A stretch of 62,731 bases of DNA, filler included, from Basidiobolus meristosporus CBS 931.73 (lineage: Eukaryota > Fungi > Basidiobolomycota), in assembly GCA_002104905.1 (NCBI GenBank). It is 3 parts of 3 records of this genome, joined end to end, with 100 filler letters (N's around TTAATTAATTAA, not from the genome) between each part and the next. Parts side by side here need not be neighbours in the genome. Positions count along the whole stretch, not along the records: positions 1 to 27,836 come from MCFE01000896.1; 2 more parts are not named here. One strand, 5' to 3'. How positions within the stretch are numbered: the first letter of the stretch is position 1; every line of letters begins with the position of its first letter. A program made the position numbers and the translations under genes. Positions 13,901 to 25,581 of this stretch are shown here, in pieces. The notes under the pieces were generated by a model, which saw nothing but the letters and a program-made list of their open reading frames with translations, did no database searches and was not told the origin of the DNA.

Positions 13901-14047
13901 AGGTGTGATAGCTAAAAATAGATTCTGAGGTGGGATAAAATAAACTGTAACTGGGATTTCTTATGTTTGGGTTAGGGAAAATCAGTTAGGGTACTAGAAT
14001 TTCAAACGGAGTAAAATTGGCTAAGTTTTAAATGTTGATGCACAACA

Positions 14048-16640
14048 TCACTTCCTTCCAGAAGAGGAGTTTTTTGATACCTTCTGGATTCCTCTGTGGC
14101 TCCAATACTGATCAATAATGGCAACATCATCAAAGTTGGTGTAAGATTCCAAGGTGTTGTGTTTGGCATCATAGCCTTTCCACTTGACTAAATAAAGGCA
14201 ATTTGGCTCTTCTCCATCATGGTCCACAACAGCTTCAACTTCATAGGATTCCAAAATTACTGGGTCTTGAGAAATAAGTTTGAGTGAAGAAGGTGGAAAG
14301 TTTTTGGGTAGCAGTGCTCCAGTGTTATCCTGAAGTACATGAGATCCTCCAGTAGTACGTCTGACAACCTTGAATGGTCCTTCATACTTGGGGTCAAGTT
14401 TAGATTGCCGGATTGGATCTAGTGTCATGACATATGACCCATCTGGGAAGCTGCTGTTCCTGTGTCTTGAGGTGTACATTGAAGTCATATTTTGCTGAGA
14501 GGCCTTACTTCTGGCGCTGATAGCAGGGTAGACAATGTTGGTAAGGTACTCAAGCCGGTTTTTTAGCTTATCTGTATTCAAACTTGCTAACTCTGTATTC
14601 TGGCAGTCTCCAAAGTGGTTGTTTTTTCTTCCAAACATCAAGGAAAATGGTGTTGATCCATGTAGAGCGGCAATTTTGGTGCTGATAGCATACTGTACAG
14701 TGGGAATGTACTTGTCCCAATTCTTCTTGATACCTTTGATAGATTTCCTGATGATGTTCACTGAGGTCTGAACATGTCTTTCAGCCAGTCCATCAGCTTT
14801 GGGATGATATGGAGTGATTAGACAGTGATCAATGGCACTATTCTGGCAAAGGGCTTTGATCACGTGATTCACAAATTCTGTTCCATTATCCAATTGAATG
14901 ACCTTAGGGAATCCAAAAAGGCAGAAGAGCTTGAATAGTTCTTGTGCAATAGTGGCAGCATACTTGTCTGGGATAGGTTTGAGGAAGACAAAACGTGTGC
15001 AGACATCCACAATTACAAAGAGGTAGTGATTACCATCATCACTAGTGGTGAAAGGTCTAGCTAGATCAATTGCAATATGATCCATAGGAAGGCTTGCATG
15101 GATGGGGCTCAAAGGGTGAAATCCATGGCGGCTGATATTGTGAAGTTGACATTCTCTGCACAACTTGACAAATTCTAAGCAGTCAACTTTAATATTTGGC
15201 CAGTGATATCCATCAGAGTGTAGCTTCTTTATAAGTGTGTCAGCTCCAAAGTGGCCAAGTAAATGACTCCTCTGTATCAATGTTTTCCTTTGTTCTTCAG
15301 GTGGGATTTTCCAAGTGGCTGAATCCAGTTGAGGAATTGTTTTGGAAGTTGTAGAGAGTTTACTAATTACATCAGTAATCACATGTCCCTCCCAAGGTGA
15401 AGTTGGAAAAAGTGTTGACAGGTGGTCAGGCAGGATGTTGAGAAATCCTGGGCAATGAATAACTGTACATTCATAATCAAGTAGAGTATCAAGCCAGTTG
15501 GTAAGCATTGGAGTCAGAGTCTTCTGAGTGTGGATATAGACAAGGGCTTGGTGGTCAGTGTACAAGGTAAAAGGAATACCCCATAGATACTGATGAAACT
15601 TCTTCAAGGCAAAGACTATGGCAAGTAGCTCCTTCTTGGTAGCAGAGTAGTTTTTCTCAGCAGGTTGTAGGAACCTGGCTTGGAAAGAGATCCAGTGAGG
15701 CGGATTTTGGTCTTCATCTTGATAGAGGACTACCCCTAGCCCAACATTATATGCATCTGTAGCAACAACAAAGGACTTAGTAAAGTCTGGGGAGGATAAG
15801 GTGGGTGCTTGTGGAAGCAGATGGCAGAGTGACTTAAAGGCTTTGTCATGAGTCTTGTTCCAGGCTGAGGTGAGATCAGGGCTATGGCGTAATGCATCTA
15901 AAGGGGCACTCAATGAAGACATGAGTGGTATGTGTTCCCTGAAATAGTGAATACTCCAAGATAATGTTGAAGTTGCTTGGCACTAGTGGGTTTTGGCCAT
16001 TCTGGGATATTGACCATTTTGAAAGGATCTAATTGGTGGCCAGCTGGTGTGACTAAAAATCCAAGTAGATTGATTTTGAGGCAGGCAGAACTGCACTTTT
16101 CAGCATTGAGAGTCAGTCCAGCAGTTGTCAGTCTGTTGATTACATCAGTGACATGGGTTGCATGATCATCACGGTTAGTGGAAAATATGATGACATCATC
16201 AACAAATACCAATGCGTATGGTGCATTTGTGAGTATTATAGTCATGACTCTCTGAAACTTGCTGGTAAGTGTCTTTAGGCCAAAGGGAGCTCCCTGAAAC
16301 ATCCACTGCATATTATTCCAAGTAAAGGCAGTCTTATGTTGATGCTCAGGATGGATCTGGAATTGGTGATATGCATCCTTCTAGTCCAACTTTGAGAATA
16401 CTTTTGCTCCTGATAGTGCGGAAAAGATATCTTGTATTCTTGGAATTGGAAACTTCTCATCTTGGAGAAGCTTGTTCAGAGGTCTGGGGTCCAAACAGGG
16501 TCTCTTCAGGGTTAGATTTCCATCACCATCTTTCTTTGGTGCAAGCGTCAAAGGGCTGTTGAATGTTGTGTTGACAGGGGCTTGAGTGATAATTCCATTG
16601 TCAGCCCATTTTTGGACTATCTCATCAACTAAGTGTTGAC
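14048..16640 (-). pseudogene. Chromovirus pol: RT (broken), RNase H, integrase, chromodomain
   Basis: RT GAPFGLK...VFVDD; RNase H VATDA...ELLAIV; integrase HLLGHFG/CREC, DNGTEF, GLAERH, YEGPF; C-terminal YEVEAVVDH...YLVKWKGY chromodomain. The 624-aa frame 14048-15922 is open; the RT portion has stops and frameshifts. Confidence 0.9.
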
Positions 16641-16652
16641 ATGAATGCGGAA

Positions 16653-18278
16653 TTAGGTATTGCCTCCTCCATGTTGACTCACCAGGTGGGTGTCCAGACC
16701 AATGACTACCTGAGGTCCATCTGGTATGTCAATAACTTCCATCTGATGGATTATGGTTACTGAGCCATAATGTATGTTGATTGGGATGGTAATGGCAATT
16801 CTTGGGGCTGAGAGATCCTTAGCTGCAAGGATTATTTTTCCTGGTTGCTTTTCTATCTCCAAATTGAGTTCTCTGACTACATTGGGTGACACAATAGAGT
16901 TGGATGATCCAGTATCCAATAGTGCTACGTATGATTTGCCATTGAGGGTGAGTGGCACTTCTATGGCTTTGAGCTGTGTGATTGGTTGCTTCTTTTCTTG
17001 AACAGTTGCAATTTTAGCCGGAAACTCAAAGAGGTTGTGATAATCTTGAACTATAAGTTCTTCATATGCTTCTTCATACCCCATTGTATCATTGGCTGAA
17101 TGATCATCAAGGATCTGGGTAATTTTGGCTGATGGTGTGGAGTTCTTCTCAGGACAGGCAGGTGATCTATGTCCCATATTTCCACATTTAAAGCACTTGT
17201 CATCAGCATATGGATTATCAGTTTTGGTGTTTTGCTGCTTTTCTGCGGTGTTTCCTGACTTGTTTGACTGCTTGGTGATGCCTTTGCATTCACTGGTAGA
17301 ATGATAGCATTTTCCATGAAGCTCACAGTGCTTGGTAGTGGTTGACTGCTTCTTGGTCAAATGACTGGTCTCTTTTCTGGCTGTTGTGGGATATTGGGTT
17401 GAGTTGCCTGAAGTCTGGCTAACAGCTGCAGTCAAGGTGATTGCCAGTGTACATATCTCTGAGATCTGGTCATAGGTACATGCAGGGTTGCATGCTTTGA
17501 CAATAGCAATATTGCTCTGTAGCTGGTGTGAAAAGTTTGAAAGAAAATGAGCAGTAAGCAATGGATTATCATCACTAACTCCAGCTAGTCTCATTTGTCT
17601 TTGGAATCTATCACAGAAGTGTTGCACAGATTCACCTTTTTGCATTTTAGTTTTCCATAAGTCACAGTTCAGATGTGCTTTCTTGAGAGGATCTTCAAAA
17701 TGGCTGCAAAAGAGGTTTTGGGCAATTTTCCATGTACTACTTGAAGGAATGTTCACTTCAACCCAGTCAGCATCTTGCATTGTGAGACAGAGAGGCAGAA
17801 GTCTAGCCCAGTTGGTGTCAGGGTCTAGCTGGTGTGCAGCTAAGACATGACTAAGCTTGTAAAGAAACTCAGTTGGATTCTTGATGGCATTGATGCCTTC
17901 AGCATAAACAGGCAAGGATCTTGGGACAACCACCGGGGCAGGTCTAGAAGGAGATGTAGACCTGGAGGATTCAAAGGAATGACTTCTTGGTGGCTGATGC
18001 AGAGCAAGGCTTGGCAGATTCTCAATGCTGTCAATTACTATGGCAATATTCACCAGTGCTTCTTTAATTATTCCAATTTCATCTTGGCAACCAGATATAA
18101 CTTCAAGGAGTTCATCTCTACGGTGATTATCAGATCTTGTTTTGGCAAGCTTTGAGTGCTCAAGCATCACAGTGTTTCTTTCAAGCATGATGTTTTCAAG
18201 CTCTTCAGTAAGCTCTTCCTGATTTCTTCTGGCTTCTTCCAACATGGAAAGGTTTGGATTGCTTGCTGCTGAGGACAT
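16653..18278 (-). CDS. Chromovirus Gag-protease (541 aa)
   Basis: Open frame with N-terminal coiled coil, zinc knuckle CFKCGNMGHRSPAC, a second CxxHxxxxHxxxxC-like motif and aspartic protease LLDTGS. Confidence 0.88.
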   Translation of the reverse strand: MSSAASNPNLSMLEEARRNQEELTEELENIMLERNTVMLEHSKLAKTRSDNHRRDELLEVISGCQDEIGIIKEALVNIAIVIDSIENLPSLALHQPPRSHSFESSRSTSPSRPAPVVVPRSLPVYAEGINAIKNPTEFLYKLSHVLAAHQLDPDTNWARLLPLCLTMQDADWVEVNIPSSSTWKIAQNLFCSHFEDPLKKAHLNCDLWKTKMQKGESVQHFCDRFQRQMRLAGVSDDNPLLTAHFLSNFSHQLQSNIAIVKACNPACTYDQISEICTLAITLTAAVSQTSGNSTQYPTTARKETSHLTKKQSTTTKHCELHGKCYHSTSECKGITKQSNKSGNTAEKQQNTKTDNPYADDKCFKCGNMGHRSPACPEKNSTPSAKITQILDDHSANDTMGYEEAYEELIVQDYHNLFEFPAKIATVQEKKQPITQLKAIEVPLTLNGKSYVALLDTGSSNSIVSPNVVRELNLEIEKQPGKIILAAKDLSAPRIAITIPINIHYGSVTIIHQMEVIDIPDGPQVVIGLDTHLVSQHGGGNT

Positions 18279-18976
18279 CTTCTAATTGGCTGAATGTAAT
18301 GGAATTCAACAAAAAAAATGTTATATCCAAGAGAAAGTGCCATAAACTCTTGAAAGGTTCAACTGAAACAAAGGGACAATTAAGTGAAGAATCTTAGAAT
18401 TGTCAGAGAGTGGCGGAAATATTAGCAGAAAGATTCTGATCTAATATTGGTCTTGGATATGGCTGGGTTGGCTATAAAGGCAATGATATTTGTTTGCTAG
18501 GCAGGCTGGGCTTGGTGTTCTTTGGAGTGCTAGATATACTAGGCTTGGATAGAAACTAGAACAGAATTGTTGGATTCTTATTTTTGCCAAGACAGAATCT
18601 TAATTTTGTTGAGACACACACTAAACCAAAAGGTTCAGTAAACTTTATTTATACTTTTTGGATCAAGTTGAACTAGTAAGCGCCAAGGGACTGGATTGAT
18701 TGAAATCAAATTGGGTGTTCATAGGTGCATAAGATAAATGAAAATTACATCATCAATGAACTGATGTCTTGGCAACTGCACAGTGGTTGGATAGATCTCA
18801 GATGACTAATCACCTGGGAAGGCTTGGTAGATAGGTTGATAACGTAATGACCATTTGAAAATAGATCAGGTGTGATAGCTAAAAATAGATTCTGAGGTGT
18901 GATAAAATGAACTGTAACTGGGATTTCTTATGTTTGGGTTAGGGAAAATCAGTTAGGGTACTAGATTTTCAAACGG

Positions 18977-20048
18977 TGTGGTGGTGTATAGGTCCAAGGG
19001 AGAGATACATCCAACACTTCTCAAGTGTTTTGTGTGTGGGGTGTTCACTGGGTGCGATAACCTCTGGCAAAAGCTTGCTAGGAATACTTGGGTTCTGTCT
19101 CTAATCTAATGTGAAGGGGAATAAAGCCACAAGCTTGTCAAGGGAAAACTATTGAGCTACAATCCCCAACTTAGTTGGCGTCTTAACAAAAGTATGTGCT
19201 GGGTTCAGCGTCCTTTGAGATGACAATGTACTAAAGCTTCCAAAGTCAAAACAACTGTAAACTCCACCAGCAGGGACTTGATAAGAATGCAGCTTTGGTC
19301 AATAGTTACAAAGACAGAAAAGTATCTTTGCCTGTACAAGAACAAACTTGGGAAAGAATCAAATATAATAAAAGATACCTACTCTGAGTATTCCTCACAA
19401 GTAGTGCCTCCAAGGTCAGTTGGCTGTCAGCGCGGTTTCCTGGGAGTGTCCTGTGGTCTAGAGTTGGAAGTTCAGGTAGCAGCAGGTAGCAGTGATCACA
19501 CTAATCAACAAGTCGGTATATTGATAAAAGGGATGATGATTTATTGTTGAGGGATAGCCTCCCTTATATACTTTTCTTCACTGGCTAAGTGATTACTAAT
19601 CATGGTGTTCCAGAAGGTTCCGGAGTTCAATAGAAATCTTAATGACATCAGAATGACCTAAGAATGTTCTAAGTAGGTGCCGGAAGGTTCTAAGAGGCAC
19701 AGCACATCCAACCAATCAGGAATCAGTATTCTGAAACCTGTGTAACATGGGGATACCATATATGGTATGGAAATGGTAGGGATGGTGTCACGGGTTGATC
19801 ATGTGTCACAGGTACTGGCGCGGGTACTTGCCTAATATAGAAGCACTTGTAACTAGTAATCTTACATAAAGTGAGGGGTAACTTATGCAATAAGGTAAGC
19901 AGGTGTGATAGTCAACCGGCTTATGGGATAGTACTGATTGGGTAAGACAAATGGGATAAAACTAAAATGAGTGTAGTAGGGATATAGGGAAGTAGAAAAT
20001 AAGGGAATGAGCACATCTGTCAGTGGGTGTCACTGTCACCTCACTACA
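18977..20048. mobile_element. Solo LTR (1072 bp) inserted in the chromovirus 5-prime LTR
   Basis: TG...CA ends; ACGG duplicated at 18973-18976 and 20049-20052; empty site visible in the sister LTR near 14000; inverted homolog at 34602-35672. Confidence 0.9.
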
Positions 20049-23000
20049 ACGGAGTAAAATTGGCTAAGTTTTAAATGTTGATGCACAACACATATACCTT
20101 GTATTGCTGGTTACATATACATCTTGCCAGTGTAGGCTTGGTTGCCGCCACCTTTGACATGTATACCTCCTGAAAATATTCAAAGAACATCTTGATATTA
20201 AGCCAGTATACTCCTTCTCCCTGCTGGACTCTAGTCCCCCTTATAGGTGCACTCTGGCTCTTGTTTGTGTGAATTCTATATTGAATGGTGCAGAAACTTG
20301 CATGTGACCAAGAGAAATCTGACAAACCTTGGCATAGTTTTCCTAATAAAAGTTAGTTGCTGGTTGCACCCAACCCTAGTTTGCATTACTTAAGTGATTA
20401 CCCACGCATTGGGGCTGCTTAGCTTCTTAATGCCATATGCACAGGTGTTGCCATGTGTACATCTGTTCTCAGTATTTTACAACTATTTTGGGCTGTCCTC
20501 CATTTTCCAACTCATCACATCCATGACAGACATGAAGGTAGTATTCTTGATGAGATTAGGATATTGTGGTACCTGTGACTTGACTTGTCTTCCTATCTCC
20601 CCACACATCTGCTCCATAAGAAACTCCCAAAAGGTGATGCAAGGTCCAATATTCCCAACACACCAAGCAAGATGGAATAGCAAACGGATATAGTAGCAGC
20701 AGAGATGCACATGCTCCGCTTTGTGTTAGTAGTTTAGCCACTCTAATCCTGTCACAGACTCTTTGCACAAAAGCTGTAGATGCATCAACTTGGCCTTGGC
20801 AATCCACATCTGGATAATTATTCCTACAATGTTGATATATGACTCCCAATGCTTCCAATGTACTCCTAATCAAAATGCCTTCAGAAGGCCAATTGAATAA
20901 ATAAATATCCAGTTTATCCAGTACTTGCACTTGTATTGTTGCATATGTATATGAATGTTGGTTGGAGCCAAGAGAAGTACTTAGGGTAGCAGATGCTCTG
21001 TAGTAACCTACCCATTCTTTCAGATTTCTCCTGTATCTTAAAGGGCCCATTTGGCTTGAAATGCCCCATGTACAACTTTGTCATCAGTATGGGGATATTG
21101 TTGACAAGCAAATGCATTGCTCCCAGTGGAAAGCTTTTGCTCCAGCAGAAACCCACTATCTTAAGTATCTCCAGTTTCTGATTAATTCCATATTCTGGCC
21201 AATGGCTTAAAGCTTGACAACTTTACTGCAATTGCATGCTGACTTCTGTATGTTCTCTCTGTGGAAAGATGATGCTGTTAGTGTTCGTGTTTGGGCAATA
21301 TCAAGGTGTGTAAGTTATGGAGTAAGTCCCCTGGATCTTACACATCTGACTGCAATACTATCAATGTGCCAGAAAAAGCCAGCTAACTTGCTGATGGCTG
21401 GGGTATCTCAAATGCAGATAATAATGTGCACTTTTACATGACAGCCATTTACTGTTGTCCCACTTAAAACCATCCAATATTCTTCCAGTAATGGATACAG
21501 GTAGCTATCCAGGTTGGATTGTGATTTAGGCCCAGATACCATTGAGACTACCATCAGACTTCTGCTCTGTTGCTGTAAGATAAGTAGCAGATTTAGGATT
21601 ATGAGAATCAGCAGCCAGTAAGATTTGCTGAAAGAGTACTTGTTTAATGAGAATCCATCAAGTGTCAAGATAAAGGCATATGTTGCACATAACTTCAAAG
21701 TAGCCTTTGCTTCTTAGCTGCTTGTAATGTTTGCCGTTGAATATATCTGATATGTTTGCACTTGATTGATACTGGGTGTGGTACTTTATAGCTTCACAAT
21801 ACTTGTTGGACTGCATGAGCTGCCTGAGAGGGGGTATTACCAAAATATATCCATGTTGTGAACAAAGTTTTCCCCCAACAGTGGTCAATTCCTGACATAT
21901 CAGGCACCTTGTAATGGCAGAAGTTATGATGTGAATTTCATGCAACTGTTTACAAATGCAGGATCAGGACAATCTCTAGGTCATATGTTGCCAGCTGCAT
22001 GACAGTTTTCCATCTATACCAAGTACATGGTAAGTTGCATCCTGGGATGATTTTGGCAAGTAGTAGTAGTAAATCCTCAAAGCCCCCATTACTGATATTA
22101 GTGAAAATGCATCACTTCTCTAACTACCACATCATATCATTTGTGCAATTATGGATTACTGGGCTCACTTGACCCCATAAAGTATCCTTGAAATTTTTTT
22201 CTATTGGTGTTGTATCATTGCATAATGGGATCTTGCCAGGATCACACAGGGTACTGTTGTTAGGGAATATAAGCTCACAATTCATTAGTTAGCCTGCTTC
22301 TTCAGAGCTATGACTCTGCAAGCCATATTCAGAAGGCTGGGGTGAGCCTAAAAGCATCACATACTCATCTGACTCAGTTTGCACAAGGTGACAAGTATAG
22401 ACAGATGCCATTTTGGAAGTATCAAGTGACTGGCAAGATATTGTTGGTACAGCAGTGACTGGTGAAAGGTCAAATATGACTTGTGTGGCAAAATGCTGGC
22501 TGTGATCTTTGTAATACTTCCCATCCTGTCTGTATGCTTTATGGCTCAGAGGCTTGCTACAATAGACTTGTTCCATTGTACCGTGCCAGGGCGCGCGGCG
22601 CAATCTGCGGTTGCAAAGAACAATCAGGCGCAATATTATAGCTACCAGAAGGCAGGATTGTTCTTGGACAATTTTGCACTATGCGGGACAATCTTGCACA
22701 CTATGGCACAATCTGACACGATGAGGTTGGCGCGGATGATTGCACCAACTCGTAATGCTTGCATTACGTGCGCAATCGGATACCGCTATAATGGCAGGTA
22801 AAATCCGGTATTTGGATATGTTTCTTTAATGTAAATGGAAATAAATGTGTATCACACTATAAACTACACTGTTACTTACCATTTTGGTTACCCTCACTCC
22901 AATTGGACAGTATCTCAGTGGTTAATTGGTCCAAAAGTATCCTGAAGCTGGCAGCCCCCAATTGGCTCATTGACTACTGAAAAAGCTACCTGATTCGCCA

Positions 23001-23306
23001 TCAAATATCCCATTTTGCCCATTGAGCAAGTAAATCCCTGATCCTAGTGATTGGGCAAGGTGTCATAGCTAGCACGCAAGCAATCGTGTAGGTGCGAAAC
23101 AGATCCAATAGCTGCACTGGTATTACAGATGACGTATATATATGCAGGGTGTTTATTTATAAGGGTTCTGTCTCAAATGTGAGACAACCTTGATATTACT
23201 TATATCAAAAATTTGATGATCACTGATTTGCGATGGCTCAATTCGGATTGCAAAAAAAAAGGGTTGTCGGGATCATTACAAATGTGAGAGATTCAAAGCG
23301 ATCGCA

Positions 23307-24548
23307 TCATCTTCTCCTGGGTTTTTTTCTCACAGGGATTACTACTGAAGCATTTGGTAGTGACTCGCTTTGCACACCTATACTACTTCCTGGCTGACTA
23401 TCATCTTGGCTACTTGTGTATTCGTAGTCAGTATTTTGCCTCCTAGTTGATGAGTGCGATGCTGCAGCTTGGCCGCGCTGAATTGCTCCAACTGAACCAA
23501 CTGAACCAACTGAACCGGCCTGTAGTGCCACGCGCTGACGCATTCTTTTACTTGCCAAGGGCTCCGGTGGATGAGTCACTTCATGTTGGTCATCATCAGT
23601 CAGTTCACCAGAAGTAACTTGCTGATGGTCAGGCAAAACGGCACGTGCAGGCGCGCCTTGACGCGTTGAGATGGCCCTTGGCTGAGTTCAATATGATGCC
23701 GCATGTTGACGCAACTTGGTCCGCTCCAATGGACTTGTGTCTAAATGAGCAGTTTGGCAAGTTCTGGTAGTTTTGCTCTGAAGCACGCGCGTTGGCTCGA
23801 CGCGGGGCGTTCTGGTAAAGGGTGTTGGCGTGGTCTGGACTGACATGCGCTGGCGCGCTGTGGTTGCAAGAGATGGTAGGGAATCCAGCGAGGCGTGCTG
23901 GCGCAATCTGGACAATGTTGCTTGCGGTCTGTATTCTTCCTCCTGAAGCTCACCATCTGATTCCTCAAGGTATTCACTTACCCTCTGTCTGATACTTTGG
24001 GGCTGTTGCCTGGATGAGTCCTGTGTATATTGCTCTCGGAAGCCACTTAGCTCTACTAATATATCACGTAGTACATTAGTCATTTGAGGCAAAAACTCAT
24101 TCAAAATCTCTTTGGTTCCCAAAGTTGAGGCACAAACGGACGCGTCTGGCCCATACTGTGCAAATTGCGCGCGAAATTGTTCCCGCGTGGCTTCCTCGTC
24201 AAATCCCCTCACTCTCAGCTCATTCTTGATTTCAATACTTGTCTTGTTATATATCTTTTTACATACATCAGCTGGCATCTTGATGTAGAACTCATGCCAC
24301 AGCTTTCTACTCAAATTCTTCCATCTTTGTCGACTCTCTGAGGTATCTAGTTCTGCTAGATTAATCAGTAGTGCCCAAATATCTGTATGAAGGCTCATCA
24401 TAGACACTTGGGCCATACTAAAATCATTTGGCAAGAACTCAAACGGATCCAACATTGACTTTTCCGGTCCGGACCGCGCTTGTGAGCTGGGGGATGGGTT
24501 TTGTCTGGGTTGTACTAAAGATGAGTTGAGGCTTGGTATGGGGACCAT
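23307..24548 (-). pseudogene. Accessory ORF of copy A (414 codons, one internal TGA at 23688-23690); function unknown
   Basis: ORF-track pieces 23688-24548 and 23307-23636 are in the same frame, separated by a single TGA; ends in a basic KKPRRR (NLS-like); homolog in copy B. The start codon is uncertain. Confidence 0.65.
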
Positions 24549-24905
24549 AGCAACGGATTTGGATACTTATACAGCAGTATATTGGCATCAACCTGGTCTT
24601 ATATGAAATATATGAAAACTAAAGTGATTGTTGAATTTTCCATATATTATGCATGATGCATCTTGGATTGCGTTGACACGGATCAGATCACATCAATTGC
24701 AGATTTCCTATTTGATTATAGACCTATGACTAAAGCATCAATAAAAGTACCAGGGCATTGTTTGCGGATGATTTTTGCGACATAATGATGGGATACATGG
24801 CAATTGATGGAGATTTAACCATAATGTGTTAAAAATCAGATAAATAATGCAGATCGCGCCAAATCAATTCAAACCGCCACCATACAATCATCCATCAATT
24901 TTAAT

Positions 24906-25581
24906 ATGACTTACTCATCTGAATGGTCTTTTCTCATCAATCCCATCACTACCACTGGATTTCCTTTTGACACACTGGAGGAGATCTATTCCAAGTACTG
25001 TGGACCATCAACCCCAATCTACTCAAGGAGATCCCTTGTTAAGCTTCTCTGCTATTACAAGAACTATTGCCCTACAAGGTTTCATCCCACCATCCATGGC
25101 AACAAAAGTCCTAGAAGCTTTCATTCCCAGCTGACAGCAATGGAGAACCACCTTGCAGAGGGTATGAATGACTTAGAGCAAGCTTGGAATACTAGGTTCA
25201 GAAGCTCCAATAGACTTCCATATCCCAGAGTGTTCAGCAACAGGTTCCATATCAGGAGTATTTTGGATACCTTCCCAGTGAGGATTAACAGACCTTCTAG
25301 AGGGCAGTGGCACTTTTATTCTGGCAAGTACAAGGCACACTGTGTGAAGTTTCAAGCACTGTCTGACATTGAGGGTAACATCATCTGGTTTAGTGGGTCA
25401 TTTGCTGGAAGTAGGCATGACAAAGCACTCTGGGTAGAGAATCATCCTGAATTCAGTAGAGGGGAGAAATGTATGGCAGACTTGGCCTATATAGGAGAGG
25501 ATTGTCAGAGATTAGGATGTATTACAGCTTATAGGAAGCCAAGGAATGGTGTGCTTAGCAGGAAGCAGAAGCTCTACAATG
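24906..25581 (+). CDS. DDE_Tnp_4 (PIF/Harbinger-type) transposase, 5-prime ~225 codons, interrupted by copia-2
   Basis: Motifs ILDTFP, FYSGKYKAHCVKFQ, GSRHD, MADLAY; the missing C-terminus (RVEHTFG) is present in copy B. Confidence 0.85.

Larger units (their letters stand above)
13351..20090 (-). mobile_element. Ty3/gypsy chromovirus, structurally complete but defective
   Basis: Near-identical LTRs at 13351-14047 and 18319-20090 (the latter carries a 1072-bp insertion); 5-bp TSD CATAT at 13346-13350 and 20091-20095; gag-PR, RT, RNase H, integrase and chromodomain on the minus strand. Confidence 0.95.
6553..22563 (-). mobile_element. CACTA element C3, split by copia-1, the chromovirus and Harbinger-type copy A
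   Basis: Starts CCCTATAAAAG. Segments 6553-7096, 13251-13350 and 20091-22563 join collinearly with 30592-32779 and 36902-37690 once the insertions and their TSDs are removed. Confidence 0.8.
22564..25581. mobile_element. PIF/Harbinger-superfamily (Pangu-like) element copy A; right end cut off by copia-2
   Basis: Starts AGACTTGTTCCATTG after AAT; divergent accessory ORF and DDE transposase; collinear with 32780-36901. Confidence 0.85.

Noticed and set aside
19278-19550. 90-aa ORF present in both 1.07-kb solo LTRs
   Set aside because: Antisense to the likely LTR TATA (GTATATAAGGG); the eight amino-acid differences between copies give no sign of constraint, so shared openness is explained by common descent.
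23488-23514. CCAACTGAA x3 (GSV repeat) in the accessory ORF, and GGAAGT x3 near 58528
   Set aside because: Short slippage repeats; the first is absent from copy B.
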